From Anolis carolinensis (taxonomy: Eukaryota), in the NCBI RefSeq assembly GCF_035594765.1, contig NW_026943818.1:124001-188000 (forward strand): a DNA stretch of 64,000 nucleotides, in the 5' to 3' direction. Position numbers and translations under genes: made by a program. The stretch's first letter is position 1; each line of letters begins with the position of its first letter. Below are positions 62,561 to 64,000 of this stretch, one piece after another. Under the pieces are notes generated by a model. The model made no database searches, had not been told where the DNA came from, and saw only the letters and a program-made list of their open reading frames with translations.

Positions 62561-63292
62561 AAGCCTATCCCTCAAAGCCCAGTGAATGTTATCAAAAGCC
62601 TTCTCTACATCTAAGAACGTCAATGCTCCTTGCTGGTTTTGATGCCCTGGTAGATGTTCCACAGCAGGCCTGGGCAAGCTTTGCAGGCTGGAGGCTTCTG
62701 GGAACTGTAGTAGGCTGTCAGGAATGGTGGGAGTTGCAGTCCAAAACACCTGTTTGACCATGCCTGGTAGAGGAAATCTCCCGGGGCATCAAGGCCAGCA
62801 AGGAGTGTTGATGTTCTTAGATGCAGAGAAGGCTTTGGACAGCATTCACTGGGATGCTCTTGCATCGCTACAAGCTTCACCGATAGGTGTTCTGCACACG
62901 CACACGCACCCCACGCACACGCAAGAGGTCTCGTGAGTCAACCACGCCTTCGCCCCCCCCCCCGCCCCACGCAGAGTCTTAACGTGTCCGAATGTATTGC
63001 TCTTACCGTTATTAAAGAGTGTAAACAAACCCACCTGCCCCAAGGACGTGTTATTTCCGACCCTTTTGGGTGGCCGACATCTGGCTTGAACATCATGTGT
63101 CCATGAGAAAGGGGTCCAGGGGTCTCTGCAGACTGAGCCAGGAGTGTCTTGTTGCAGCTCAAAAGGCCAAGGCGATCCTAGGCTGCATCAATGGGAGTTT
63201 AGTGTCTTGACCTGCGGCTTCGATGTTGCTTTTCCTGCATGAAGGCAAAATGAAGACGCTTGGACTCGGTGGCCCTTGGGTTCTCTTCCACC

Positions 63293-63324
<32 letters not shown>

Positions 63325-64000
63325 AACTGAGGCTGGACGGCCATCTGTTGGGAGGGCTTTGGTGGTGCTTTTCCTGCATGAAGGCAGAATAAAAAGGGGG
63401 TTGGACTGGATGAGCCTTGGGTTGTCTTCCAACTCTATCATCATCATCATCATCATCAATATTATTACTGTATGTAAGTATGCATCTGTTATATCTATCG
63501 GTCTATGTCTGATCTCTGGCTGGACGGCCATCTGTTGGGAGGGCTTTGGTGGGGCTTTTCCTGAAGCCTCCCCCCCTTCCCGTGCAGTGGGGGCCGGTGT
63601 CGCGTGCCAGGAATGTCGGGGGAAGGAAGGAAGGACGTGACGGCTCTCCCCACACGCTTGCTCCATCCGTCTGTGCGGACACGGAGCCAGACAGTGCGCC
63701 AACAACCACGAGCCACAACAACCGCACAAAGGCCCCAGGGCCTGGCGCTGGACAGACCCCCAAAGGGGCCCCCATTGTACACGTCCCTTGCCTCTTCACC
63801 CCCACAAAATGGTTTGCCTTTGGCCCCGTGTACATGGCCATATACACTTACTCAATTAGCATAGAGTAGCCATGAAGTTTGCAAAGTTCAGATGAATAGC
63901 GGCAGCCTGGCCGCTGTTGCCTGGAGGCATCCTCTGTGGAATGATGTCCAGGGTGGGAAGAAGAACCCTTGCCTGCTGAAAGCAAGTGTGAATGTTGCCA

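Overview
Draft assembly of a squamate reptile genome with 7 N-gaps. The repeat content (Sauria SINE, Penelope, Helitron, hAT and Tc1/mariner MITEs, R4/Dong, Vingi) is anole-like. Five intron-containing genes lie on the + strand in the same order as human 9q34.11: DPM2, PIP5KL1, ST6GALNAC4, ST6GALNAC6 and AK1. All coding exons could be assembled by hand with GT-AG boundaries and consistent phases. Introns and UTRs are crowded with tandem arrays, many amplified from transposon fragments. Most notable observations: (1) a tandem array of sense-strand minimal type I hammerhead ribozyme motifs in the last AK1 intron, plus a hammerhead and an antisense copy in the probable ST6GALNAC6 3' UTR; (2) about 18 co-oriented CTCF-like motifs in PIP5KL1 introns 2 and 4; (3) a 33-unit YY1-motif array upstream of the first ST6GALNAC6 coding exon; (4) a candidate myristoylated AK1-beta alternative first exon with RFX/NF-Y promoter motifs; (5) minisatellites built from reverse-transcriptase catalytic motifs. 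Repeat family names and comparisons with human or mouse proteins come from recognition, not database searches. All functional claims are inference.
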